A DNA stretch of 64,000 nucleotides. Source: Klebsormidium nitens. Lineage: Eukaryota; Plantae; Klebsormidiophyceae. The notes below the pieces were generated by a model. That model searched no databases. It was not told the DNA's origin and saw only the letters and a program-made list of their open reading frames with translations. Of the stretch, positions 14,301 through 26,328 are shown piece after piece. The stretch lies in contig DF237185.1 in NCBI GenBank assembly GCA_000708835.1, positions 68,024 through 132,023 of the forward strand. Direction: 5' to 3'. The translations under genes were made by a program, and so were the position numbers. How positions within the stretch are numbered: position 1 is the stretch's first letter; every line of letters begins with the position of its first letter.

Positions 14301-16946
14301 GATTGAGATTGAGATAGCATGGATACAAGTGCGTTCGCTTTGAGTCACCCACAAGGCGAGTCCGTAGTATCCCAGAATCTCTTCCCAGTTTTTGCATCTG
14401 CTTTTCTTATTCCGCAAGTGGCCCTCTCATCTTTACAAATCAACCTTTTGCATCCACTCGAGAATGCACCGGGAACAGGCTTCAGCTGCTTGTCACAAGT
14501 AAGGCCTTGACCTTGAGGGGGCAATACATCAGATCAACCACCCACTGGAATACGTCATTTGAACGAGGCGCCCTCGGAGTCATCTCTCAGCTGCCCTCCT
14601 GCCGTCTGTCAATTCAGACGTTTTGTCCCCATAGATTCCTCGAGTGTCAACGAATAGTGCCTTCGTTTTCCCCCCATCGCAGACGCCGCCATCAACACTG
14701 ACCCCATCGCTGCGGCCCCCGCCGCCGCGGCCGCGCCCGCGCGCCGCTCGCTCAGCGTGACCGTCGGCGTCGGCCCGAGCCCCGTCCCCAGCCAGAAGAA
14801 CAGCCCCGCGGCCGCGGCCGCGCTGGCGACCCAAAGGCGCGTGTCGCGTCAGAGTAGGACGCCCAAAACCCCCGGTACGTACCAAGAGCACTTGTTGCAG
14901 ATATGGGTACCAAGGATTGACAGATTTCCCTTCACAGAAGGGACGGGCACGTTTCTCTTGGTTGATAAAACCCATACAACAAAGGCACTACGGCAATGAA
15001 GCATCGGAACATCATGCTCGTCCGTTTCCGAGATGGGCTTTTGGTTCTGTTCTAAGCGAGCCCACCAGTTGCGCACACGCATCTGGATGGTGATTGAGCT
15101 GCGCCTCGACTAAGTTTAGTGAGGCGGGGCCCCATCAGAAAGTCGGAGAGCTAAACTTCCCTCCCATCCTTCTCAGGGAACAAGGCGTAAAAGACTTTCG
15201 AATCCACTCAAATCGGACGCATTGAACCCGTCCGTCATAGATGGGCCGCACTCCTCAATATTCAGGTTTCCAGATGATCGAACCGGCCAAACAATCGCCC
15301 CAACGGTGTGCCGGACGATGTTGGAGGAGGACGAGGGCAAGCACTTAACAAGCGGCAGAGATTACAGACTTCCGGAAGTGATCGGTTTGCTGAATGCCAG
15401 CCCTGTGAATCTTTCGTGTTGATAATTGATGCAGAGCCGCAGCCGGAGACAGCCCCGATCGCCATCGACGCGCGGCCGCCTCCCACGGACCGCGAACCCA
15501 CGGGAGAAAGTCCGCCCGCGCAAGCCGAAGGATCGCCCATCGAGTTTCCTCAGATTCCGGACGAAACGCCCATCGAGACTGTGGCGGGATCGGCAGGTGA
15601 GCGATGCATGACGGGCCCCTTTCTTCAAAGAAGCCGCTAGGTGTCCCTCATGTAAGAACGGACGAAAGCTTTGAGCGTTTTGAACTGTATCTGAGATTTT
15701 AGAAGGCCGAATCCGTTCGGCAATCTCCAAGTCAGCGCCCTTGTCAGGACCCGGTTCATCCCGGAGAATGCCTCTTGAGACCTCTGTGTACACGAAAACT
15801 TTGAAGCTGATGCGACGCGTGAACCGACTGGGCGTCCGGAACAGGGTTTCTTGGGAGACCCCTCGGATGTGGGCCGCGTCATGCAATTCGAGCGCTATGG
15901 GGATCGAGCTGATCAGCAACTCGTTGAACGACTGTAAGATTGAATGGCGGTATGGAGTCCCTTCGACTGGCTGAGTGTCGACGTTCGAACCTGTCCTGAT
16001 TTCTTCCGACCGTGTGAGGAGATGCTAACCGAAGACATCGAACTGAGAAACTTGAAACAATGCGTAGTTGGCCGTAGACTCCTTCTCTAAACTGGGCACA
16101 TAATGTCTTTGCAGAGAACTTTAGGGTTCCGGTGGCAGACGCTCCGACGGGCATTCCGGCGGACGTCCCGACGGACATTCCGGCGGACGTTCCGGCGGAC
16201 AGGCAGACGTCCGAAGCATTGCCTTCCAAGAGCATCGCGGTCCAGCCCGCAGCCGATCTTGCGCTAGAGTCTTTAGAAGAATCGACACCCGCTTTGACAA
16301 ACGGCCACGAGCATGAGCTGAGCGTTATCGACGTCGAAACTGCTCCAGAGGAGACCGCTCTTTTGGCAGAAATGCGTGAGGAAACCATTTTTCTGGCAGA
16401 GACAAGTAAGTGAATCTCAAAGCCCCCGATGAACTTGAGCTGCGTTCCTTTTCTCGCTCGACGCTGAGCATACAGCTTGAAGTAGAGCGGTTGTATTGAA
16501 GGAGGGATGCCATTTGAGCCGGGAACGCCCGGGCCTAAGAGACCTTCCCTTTTCGCCCCGTTTTCATTTTCGAAGCAGATTTGACGGGAAGAAGCATAGC
16601 TTCGTTGCTGCCATGTGACTCTCGTTCTTGTGATGAATCGTAACAGCTTACAACGAGATCAAGTGGGCTCCACATGAAGGCCGCAGGCTTTTCGTTGTTT
16701 AAAGGCTACTTGACACAAGTCTTTCTGTCAGCAGGTGACACCGAGCTGGTGTCAAGCTGCCCAGCAAAGAAGCCACGGGGGATCCCCTCGGTTGTGCTCT
16801 TCGGAGTCACCGCCGTTGCTGCCGTTATTGGCGCGGTTGTGCTTGGATCAAAACGGGGGGGCAATGACAAGAAGAGCGGCAGGCCTCAAGCGCCCCCCCA
16901 GAGCAGAGCGGACATCATTCATTATGCGAGCGGCCCACGAGCTTAG
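11382..16946 (+). CDS. C2-domain protein with disordered linker and C-terminal transmembrane (tail) anchor
   Basis: Phase-compatible exons: 11382-11454 (tentative, GYLEVH), 12853-13110 (EISG...ITWDEKVSLPVYEGAKELRLLLL...KWFEL), 14021-14179 (GGTIKLSILY), 14683-14874, 15435-15596, 16115-16405, 16735-16946 (IPSVVLFGVTAVAAVIGAVVLG then KR). The C2 call rests on the WDE-F/V, W-F-L and G-I-L-I-Y pattern. The first exon is uncertain. Confidence 0.65.
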
Positions 16947-17848
16947 AAAAGCATGCACTACAGAATTTTCTTATCTGGTTTCGGGACCCTGGTAGGAAAA
17001 GAGAGTACACTTGGACAAAGAACAGATTGTAGATACGTATAGTAGAAACCAGGTGACAAAAGCCACCAGACGAATCACAGTATGTGAGCATCCGAATATT
17101 GAGAGCAGGAAGCAGGAGACTGGTGCTTGGGTGTTTATGATGTTGCCAGGCCCTATTGTTGTGCGTGTAAGATTGCTGCATGGGTGCCGGAAGTGTGAAC
17201 TTGATCGATGTTGGATTGCACATGCGGCCAAGTCTGATACCCAGTGATTCGGCGCAGGAATAGCGGACAGAAGCATAAGCTGGGGCCGCCGACTCGATGG
17301 GCTGCCGCGCGCGTTATAAAGGTACCGGGCCCGTCTGTCGACCTCGGTTCAAGTAGTCCCTGGCTAGACGTAACTAGATTCGGGAAAACGACCACTTCAT
17401 GCAATTGCTGTTTGCACGTTGGTCCCGCTCCAATGACAACATGTGCCGGCGCCGCTGTGCACGATAAGCAAGATGCAAGAGGTCATGTCAATCAAAGCAC
17501 CGTAACATATGTAGCATGCATGCACATGCAGACCTTGTCCGCCCGCGGCAATCATAATCATGTAGTGACCAGAGTCGTGAGTTGCGGTGCATCATCATGG
17601 CATCTATTCACGTGGCATTCACCTATTATTCTTGGTTATGAAGAAGGAGGGTCATAGCACAGACTTGCCCTTATGCGAGCTTGATGCCGTGCCACAACCA
17701 AAAGCAAGCAAGGGCGGCCTTTTCGTTTTTGTGCTACGTATGCCTCGCTGAGTTGTCCCCTCTAGCTGGACAGCCAGCACTCAAATGTTACATGTTTCTG
17801 CAGTGAAAGGTGTCCGTTCTCCCTTCGTCCCAAACAATAAGCCCTTTG

Positions 17849-20657
17849 TTATTCTTTCTCAAGAAACTGGCTGAGCACTTTGACAAAACTAGCGACCGAG
17901 ACGTTTTGTTTGAGGCGCCTGTCAACCACGAAGACGTTCCTCAGCTCCAGGGCGGCATCCTTCAGCAACCCGTCCTCTATTTTCTCCAGGAGGTCCCTCT
18001 CAAACACCACCTCGTCCATCATGACCGTGAACTTGACGTCGTATGCCTCTCTCTGAATATTTGTGTATCCCGCCCAAACCAACTTTCCGCCGGTAGCAAT
18101 GTGAAAGAATACATACAACAACGACTCAAGATCGTTCGACACCCACGCCGCCTCCTCCTGAAAGGGCGCCCCGACCGACTTCAAGCCACCTAATCGATGC
18201 CGCAGGAGCGTCAGGCTCATAAATGTGGGAGTCCCCGTTGGCCACTCCCCTGCTCCGATTGCCTGAAAGGACCACGGCCACATTAGAAGAAAGCGCCTTC
18301 TGAACAGATTGGGATCCTAACTGTAAAATGCTGCTTGAAGGTGAGGCGCATCGAGATGGCATGGGAAATGGTCCTCCAGTCCAGCCCAATAAAAGCAACC
18401 ATAACCTTTTGTCTTTGCTGGCGTGAAGGGCTGCTGGTCCAACGTGCTCTTGGCAGGCTGAGATGTAAAGAGATCACATAAGAGAAGTGATTTCAAGATC
18501 TCGTACTTACTTCTTGCAGACGCCGCGCTGCGCCGAAGTCAATCAGTCCAGCGTGCCCGTCCGGAAAGACCTGCGCGTTGGCGTACGAGATGTCGCCGTG
18601 GGACCAGCCCGCTGCGGCAAGCTGTCCGATGATCTCAGCAATCTGGAGGACGTGTCGGAGCACGTCCGCTGCTGGTCCGCTGGGCAGGGGCACTCCGCAA
18701 GGCTGCAGGATCAACCACTCATGCCCACAGTCATCGACGCCCTTGCCCACGGCGCGTACGATGTGCTGGACCTGGCCCTCAAGCGCTTTGAGGGCCTCTT
18801 CCTGGGGAGGAATGTTGATGCGATCGATAGCATTCTGAGAAGTCAGTGTGCGGTTATTCAGCAGCATATTCGGAGGCCAGCCTTTTCTTTGGCAGACAAC
18901 TTGCACCACAGAAAAAGTGGTCCGTTTTGATCAACAATCTGCAATGATGCAGTTGAAGGCAGCAAAACTCGAGGGCAGTACTAAGAAAACGAAAGTGACG
19001 ATGTGCCGCAGGCTATCCCAACGAGAGGCAGGGCAATCAGGGAAAGGATATTGAATGGGGCAGATCAATTGAGTCACCAGCCATCGCACAAACTCACATG
19101 AGCTCTGCTATTTCCTGAGATTAGACTTATAAGATAACAACAACTTTCGTCGGCTGCCGTACACAACATGCTGAACTCAGGTTGCTCAAGAGCGCGGGTT
19201 GTTAGCCCTCCAAAGGGCTGCCTATAATCACTCATGTGCATTGCAACGCCTTATGCGGTGCTTTATATAGGTTCAAGATCATTACTGACACTTACGTGAC
19301 ACCCGTCTCTCAACTGCAAACACTCAAAAGATCATCGCAAACAGATCCCTGACCGGCACCGTATGAAAATGGCCAAACTCTACGCATCCGCGTCCTTGAT
19401 TTGGTGTCATCAGTAGCAGCAGGAACAGATTTTGATGGTACTCACCTCGCGCACAATCTGATAGGACCGCTTGGCAACAACCTTCTTGCCCCTCAGCATC
19501 CCCAACAGGACTGTCGTAGATTTCTGGATCGGAGAACTCAAGGGGCCATCACCCGCATCTAGCCGCCGCACATCGGTCAGGAGCTCTCCTTCAACTAACA
19601 CCGCAGGTAGAGTAACACTCTGGTACCCTAGACTCTCTGGCGACGTGGAAGCCAAGCGGACAAGCAGCTGCAAAGCGTCCGAGTCCTTAGACCAATCCAA
19701 GGGCAGGATGCCAGAGGACCAGAACATTTCTGTGCCGGCTTTCCAGGACCATAGCTCGACACCGTCAGCACCACCTGCCAATGCATAGAACTCGGTGCGT
19801 TCTGGCTGCTGAGGGAAGAGCAGACTCTGCATCCTTTCGCTGCACTGGGAGATCGCTTCGTGATGCAGCGCTCCCGGCCTTATCAATTTCTTTAGGCTGG
19901 TTGTGAGAACCAAGTATGCAGCGAGCTTGTCACTGGTCTTGCTGATACCAATGTCCGGCTTTTTCAGCCCGTAACCACTCTCCGAGCTGTCAACTACGAA
20001 AACACTGTGCGGGTTCTTATTTAATCGGAGAAGGGACCGCCAAAGGGTCATGAAAAAGCTCTGCGCATCGCGCTCTTGAAGTGACGTCCTGACCCGCTGT
20101 AGCTCCTGCCACGCACGTGCAGCGTCTTCATCCTGGAGGAGAGAGTCCAGGAGAGTGTGACTCAGAGGTGCAAGTGTCTTTTCAAAAGCTGTTTTGCTGA
20201 CTCTGCCCCCCTCAGTCACTGACTCTAGGATTCTGCTCCCAATCTCATTTGGCGTCTTATAAGAGTGCAGCTTGAGACGTTGCTCTGCCGCCCGGGCCGC
20301 TTCCTGCGCCTTGGTGAACTCTTCCAGCTGCTGTTTGTACGAATCCAACTCTGCCTTCCTCAATCTTTCTTGCTCAACTTTAAATGCTTCCAAGTCCTCG
20401 ACCGTTGCACTCCTTCCACTGCTCCTTGCTGCGTGCCGCACAACCCATATTCTTGATCTCCATGTCAGCAGTCTCTTTCTGTTTTCGTTCAGAGGGGCCC
20501 AAGCAGGAATAGAACTGTCCCACACATATTTTGAGCAGTCTGGAAACAGCTTCTCCAGGGCGTCAAGCGGGTCGCCGTCTAAAGTCTCCAGAACCCGACA
20601 ATCGTCTGGCACTGGCTCCACAGCATCAGGATCCCTAACAGCATATAATACTTCCAT
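17849..20657 (-). CDS. FunK1 (fungal-type) protein kinase with upstream REase-like domain and coiled coil; Crinkler-like architecture, about 649 aa
   Basis: Exons 20657-19446, 18834-18511 and 18262-17849, all phase 0. Kinase motifs VVAK, HGDISYAN, LIDFG, TGTPTFMS..LL and DLESLLYV. FunK1 N-lobe-associated motif SQCSERMQSLLFPQQPERTEFYAL...VELWSW. KPD...SLKK resembles a degenerate PD-(D/E)XK motif. Confidence 0.82.
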
Positions 20658-20900
20658 TGTCTCTCTCAGCTGTCGCCACAAAGAATGAGCCCAACGACTC
20701 CTCCAATTGGTCTCTAGACTCTAGCCTCTATCAAGCTCGAGTCTTCCCATTGGCATGAAACACTTGGGCCCGGTTCAGCAGAGCTCTGCTTTTGTTGCGC
20801 CCGACAGTGACAGCTGCGCTCAGGCCGCGCGCAGGACTTGCCGAAGTCCTGCAAACCCTCGATATGGACGATCGAGGAAGATTGGACGGTTGAGATGTCT

Positions 20901-20928
20901 TCTTTTTATAGTACATAATATAAAAAGA
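20901..20928. promoter_or_regulatory. Back-to-back TATAAAAA boxes (10-bp perfect inverted repeat) between the kinase gene and the tRNA
   Basis: TCTTTTTATA-gtacataa-TATAAAAAGA. The plus-strand TATA (20919-20926) is at -32 to -25 from the tRNA start. The minus-strand TATA (20910-20903) points towards the kinase ATG. Confidence 0.55.
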
Positions 20929-20950
20929 TGGTTGTGCATTCATCGAGGTC

Positions 20951-21024
20951 GACCTGTTGGCCCAATTGGATAAGGCGCGAGCCTACGGAGCTCGAGATTC
21001 TGGGTTCAAGTCCCAGGCAGGTCA
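20951..21024 (+). tRNA. trnR-ACG: tRNA-Arg (anticodon ACG), intronless
   Basis: Cloverleaf: acceptor GACCTGT/GCAGGTC, D-arm GCCC-AATTGGATAA-GGC, anticodon stem CGAGC/GCTCG with loop CTACGGA, T-arm CTGGG-TTCAAGT-CCCAG, discriminator A. Followed by TTTT. Confidence 0.96.
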
Positions 21025-21026
21025 GC

Positions 21027-21030
21027 TTTT
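21027..21030 (+). terminator. Pol III T-tract (T4) after the tRNA
   Basis: TTTT two nucleotides after the discriminator base. Confidence 0.55.
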
Positions 21031-22193
21031 GCTGACCCTTTCAAACTTTTGCACTGGTCCTACAGCAAAGCGCCACTCTCCTCGCTTCAAAGTCTTGCGT
21101 TTTATGCACGAGTCAAGCTCACGAAACAACCTTTCATGCTCTATGTGCTTGCTCCAAACAGCTACTTTCAGGAAGGAAGCCTTTACAGTCTTCGAAAGCA
21201 GACTTCGTTCAAAAGTTCCCTTCTTCCCCCCTTCTTCCTTCGCCAAACCTTTGCCAGAATCTTTCCAAAGCTTCTTCACAACGGAAGCATTTTTCAAGCG
21301 GGGTTTGATTCACTCTAACTTCCATACCATCTTTTTAAACAGCAGGAGAGTTTTTCTAAATAGAAAAGAGTTTTCGACCCTTCGTGCTGCCCTTCAAAGT
21401 GATCTCCTCAAGTGCTTCCACCATCGGATTTGGGAAGAAAGAAACAAAGTAGTCGATCAAACGGACTGGTCCTTTGGCTCAAAAGTCGAGCGTATTTATG
21501 ATGATTCGCAAGATTCAATTCCTTGACGCTTTGAACAACCCAGACTCCAGCCCTTGTCTTGTCCAATCAATCTGTCTTGGACGAATCGTCAACAGCGAAC
21601 GCCCGGTAGACGAAGCCGTTATGCTGCTCACTGTGTCCCTGGTATGCAATGGGCCAATAAAGCAATCTGGTGCGCTGCGGGTTTGCACACTGCTGCATCT
21701 GATGATCAGCCAGGCTGTAATAGTTGAAGCTGGTTGGCTGCCCGTTGGCTGCTGGCTTCTCGGCTTCGAGCCTGCTCATTGAAGGCTTCGTGTTCCTAAC
21801 ATCACTCAGTTTCACCAGATGGCCAGCGGCGTACTGCCTGATTCGCTTTGTGTGAGCTTGCTGAGGCATGCCCATCGCCCAGCTATAGCTGAATCTGTAT
21901 CCGCACCAGGAAGTTAAGAATCCGGTTAAGACCTCGGAACCACTCAGAACCGAAGTTTGTTGCCCTGAGGCTGAGGTATCAAAACTGACAACCATAACCG
22001 GAAAACCCACCATACAATTCTGTGAAGTGCTGCTGGGTTTCCGATTGCTTTATGCAACGGTGAAATTCAGGATAATCTTCACTTTGCCACTCTCCTTGCT
22101 TCTTGTTCTCCTTTGCTAGGGCGCCTTTTTGCTGGACATCGCTTGCGGTCCGTGCTCAAAGTTGTACTCTTCCCTATTCTCATCTTGGTCATA

Positions 22194-25100
22194 ATGGCAG
22201 CAGTTTCGGCGCGTTCAGCTCTGCCTTCCTTGAAACAGAATCATGTATCGCCGCACCGGGTGCAGTCTGTAGAGACAGCGGTGCTACCGTCTTGCTGCAA
22301 TTACAAGAAACAAGGACTGTCATTGTCTAGAGCTTGTCAAAATGTTGCAAAGAAAGGTTTGGGGGGCTTCTCAGCATTGCGCACGCTGTCAGCTTGGGGC
22401 GGGAAGCAGCACTTGGGACAGTTTCCTGCAGGTCTCTTGCAAGGTAAGAGGCAAAAGGATCTTGGTTCAAATCGTGTTCAAGGCTGGGCTTTTGTATCCG
22501 CATATGTTGATTATTTGTACCTTCTATGCAACCTTGAGCAAGTTTTAGGTTCACATCTATCAGTCTCGCTTTTTTCAAAGTGAGAACATTGCTTTTTGCA
22601 ATGCTGTTAGTGGAACTGTGAAAGAGCTTGCGGCTTGCATCTGACTCTGCTTGGTAAATAGCTGAGAACTACCTGCATGAACCTTGGACCTATATTGCCT
22701 GTGCAACATTGAGGGCCATAACGCTTCACTTCTTGTTGCATAGAATTTACCTTCCTGGCAATAAGCAACTTTCTTTTTTGCACCAATCGTTTCAGAGTTG
22801 CACACACCATGGATACAGTCAATTGAAAATGACGTGGAATCAGTGGCGCAGTGGCAATTGCTTAAGAGCTTTTTACAGTGCCTCGTAACCAGGACGCAAG
22901 GCCCTGTCAAAAGGCCAGAGTACACTTTTAAAGCAGGATGCATCTCTTACAACACTAAGCTGAGGCGCTTCATGTTGCACTGCTGCCTTTTGTTACACTG
23001 CGACAGAAGAATAGGCTTCGCTTCAGTCTGGGAGCCCTCAGAACCCAAGAGGAATCTGGGTGTCAATAGTCATCAAAGTTTGAGGTGCTTCAAAGCAATA
23101 TCTGACAGAGTGCCATTCCTGAGTTCCAGCAAACAAGGCATCGACAATTACAACAAAGGAGTATGATACGCCATTAATCACACGTGCTCATTAAAGCAGC
23201 AGGTATACAGGCCACGTGCTTCTTGCAGTCTGCTAGCAAAAGCTAGTGGGCCTAGGGGTCTCAGTGTTCTACTGATGGATAGTGCAGAGGCCTAAGGTGA
23301 AATACCCCGCCTCTACACTATCGTGACTAGGACTAATACGAGAGGCGTTCTAGCAGGGCCGCCAAGGGGGCTCGTTTGAATTTTGTTTCTTTGGTTGAAG
23401 TTCGTATGGGAAAGGGAAAGGATACCCTTCTTTCTGGACTACTGAACACTCGCAGCCGTACTGCACGCGAGCAATATTTCTTCACCCAGATACAGTTACA
23501 TCCTAAGGTCCTTGCAAGGGCGTTTCTTTGGAGTTCTTTTTACCATCTTACCACTCAACCGACACAAGCTTCATAAGATTTAAGTATTGCCCAGGCAGAT
23601 GAGTTTAATGAGGTTTGTGTCACTGCAGGCACATCACGACGAGGCGTTTCTAGAACAGCCGCCAGGGGTCTCGTCACCGCATCGTTGCTTGGAGTGGGGG
23701 CCCCGGAGGCCCTTGTGATTGGCGTTGTTGCGTTGCTCGTCTTCGGGCCGAAGGGACTGGCCGAGGTTGCGAGAAATCTGGGCAAGACGCTCAAGACGTT
23801 CCAACCGACGATCAAGGAACTCCAGGTGGGGGCCTTTTCTCCGGTCCTCACTTGCTCTCTCATTCGTTTTGTTTGTTGCAAAATGCTCAAAGCCGGATTC
23901 CAGAGCAAAGACTGTTGTGAGATTGCAGACTTTGTCACTTTGCTCCCAGATTTTTGATAGTCAACTTGGAGACATGCAAATCTCCCGACTTGTGAGATTG
24001 CTGTTCGTTTACGTTGGAAAGAGAGCTTGTGCTTCCGACTTTCAGACTTCAGGATGATCCCAAAGTCACTTTCGATAAGTGCATGTCTTGTCAGGGCCAA
24101 CTCGTATCGCTCGCAAAATTAAGTTGCTGTACAGGCCAAACGTCATTCCTTCTTGCACTTGAGAATGTGTGATCTCCACGATAGCACTTCTGTCCGCCCT
24201 TCCCCAGTGCCACATAACCCAAATTGGTGGGGATCACGGCTGTCAAGCAGGCCCCACGAGTCTCATCCCGGTTTCTCTCTCCCCTTGCAGGACGTATCAC
24301 GGGAGTTCAGAAGCACACTGGAGCAAGAGATTGGGCTTGACGAAATAAGGGACCCGTACAGAACCCCACCTCCCCCCCCCCAGCAACCAGCTTCCCTGCC
24401 CACTTCAGCTACCCCCCCGGCAGCAGAAGCCGCACCCAAGCCAGCTCCGGGCAAAGAGGAAGACCGACCATGTAAGCCTGTTCTCCAACCAGGGTTTCGG
24501 GTATGTTTTTCGGGCTTGGCCCAAGCATTTTATTGCGACTGGTGCCAGAGACTGCGATTGGCCGCGAAACGGTCCGGAAATTCGGTCTCTCCAGAAGAAA
24601 ACCTATGTTTGCTGCGTCAACATACCATGACAGCGACGTCCCTAGGTTTCGTGTTGCGGTCCTCTGTTTGATAGGATAGTGCATCCTTTCGTGGCACCGT
24701 TGGGCTAAGCACTCCTCCTCTGTCACTTTCCGAAGCACTGGTAGACGCATTGCAGCGACACAGTGGAGTCCCGCGTTAGATACATTAAAGTCACTCATTG
24801 ATGACGGGTGCCGGCCGGGCTCCAAAGGCTTTACTGTGACACGATGGATCTTTGCGAGGAACAGAGATGATATTTGATTGAAAGGTTCTAATGTACAAAC
24901 CCGTTCCCTTACCCTTGCGGTCAACCGGTCTTATGTACCGGCTTCGACCCTTTTTTACGCCTCAGGAAACGGCTGCTTTGAAATCACATTCAATTGTCGT
25001 TTCGCAAGAGACCCGTTGCTGAAAGGTCCTCTTTTCGGGGTTAGTCTGTTGCAAACGGTCAGGGGACTTAGTCTGTTGCAAACGGTCACGGTCAGTTGTG

Positions 25101-26328
25101 TTCTGCAGCGCCGCGTGCTTACACCACCGACGAGATGTTGCGGGTAACGGAGGACCAAGCGAAGGCGTTGGTTTCGGAGGATAAGAGAAAAGGTGAGACT
25201 TGAGTGACGGGTTCGGCTGAACTGGTGGCGACTAAGCGCAACGACTGCCTTGGTTCAAGGATCGATGCTTACCTACTCTGCTGAGTGCGAGAGCGGTTCA
25301 GGAGAATCGGTAGGAGAAAAGGATTAAGGAATGGGGTATGGGCGCTGATGGGACTACACTGCGTTTACACAAGGTGCAAAGTTTACATTGTTCACTTTTC
25401 AGAAAAGCGTTTCGGTCCCCAATTGCTTGACTGGTACCATATTACGCGAATACTAAGAAGTAGTATAACGGTACAGCGCAAGGGCTTCGTGTCCAATTCC
25501 GGGCTTCATCCCTCTGTCCGAGATGGAAGCGCACTTTCGTGCTCAGGCTGTGTCTTCCGATAAGCACAAGAGCCGTTGACTTCGTATATTTCCCCGTTTC
25601 CTTTCGAGTTTGTTGTTTCAATGTTGTGATGAAGTAAAAGTGTGGTGTCGTTTGACTGCTTGCAAAAAGTCAGAGTGGTCAGACTGTGCAGCTTGAAGAT
25701 TTGGCCTCCATAGCAATATAAGGAGCCGCCTTGTGTTCCTGCTTCTGACATGCTTTGAGAGGCATGCCTCCGTAAGTGAGTCGAAATTTGGCTATAAGGG
25801 GTTAGCGGCGACCAAGATTGGTGAGCGTCAGCTCTGTCCTCAGCCGTGCACCATGCGCATTGCTTCGCTTGATCTATGGCTTTCAATAAATACGCTGGGC
25901 ATACTACTCGATCGGAGCAAGCGTGAAGCCTGCGGTCGGGACCGGAAAAGGAGAGGGTGTAGAATCAAGCACACGGTGGTCGTTGCAACATTTGACCGTC
26001 CTTCTCTGACCTTCACTGACCGTAACTTGCTCTGTGGCTGACGTTCGACCACCTATTTGTCCTGTTGTTAACGCGACGTCTGACCATATGTTTGACCTCG
26101 TCACTTTACTGTGGTCGATGCGACAAGTGGCCAGCTGTCTGACCGCGTCACTTTCCTATGATTGACACAACTTCTGACCATACTTCTGATCACGTCACTT
26201 TTCCTGGATCAGCTGCGGAGGCTGCTGCTTGGGGCGGTCAAGTACCAAGTGCACGGGCGAACGACGGGGCCGCAGAGAAGCCTGCGGAAGCAGAAAAAGT
26301 GGGGAGCACGAAAGAGTCGTCGTCATGA
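22194..26328 (+). CDS. HCF106: Thylakoid Tat translocase subunit TatB (HCF106) with plastid transit peptide
   Basis: Exons 22194-22443, 23629-23825, 24291-24471, 25110-25192 and 26213-26328 splice in frame. They give ASLLGVGAPEALVIGVVALLVFGPKGLAEVARNLGKTLKTFQPTIKELQ|DVSREFRSTLEQEIGLD, the HCF106/TatB signature (distinct from THA4/TatA). Confidence 0.95.

Noticed and set aside
21030-21520. piggyBac transposase remnant (IDYFVSFFP on the minus strand)
   Set aside because: Only one weak motif, the frame is interrupted by stops, and no DDD core is visible.
20957-21526. 189-aa ORF over the tRNA, with HRIWEERN resembling a LINE ORF2 C-terminal motif
   Set aside because: It has a TTG start inside the tRNA, no RT or clear zinc-knuckle context, and the single short motif is not enough.
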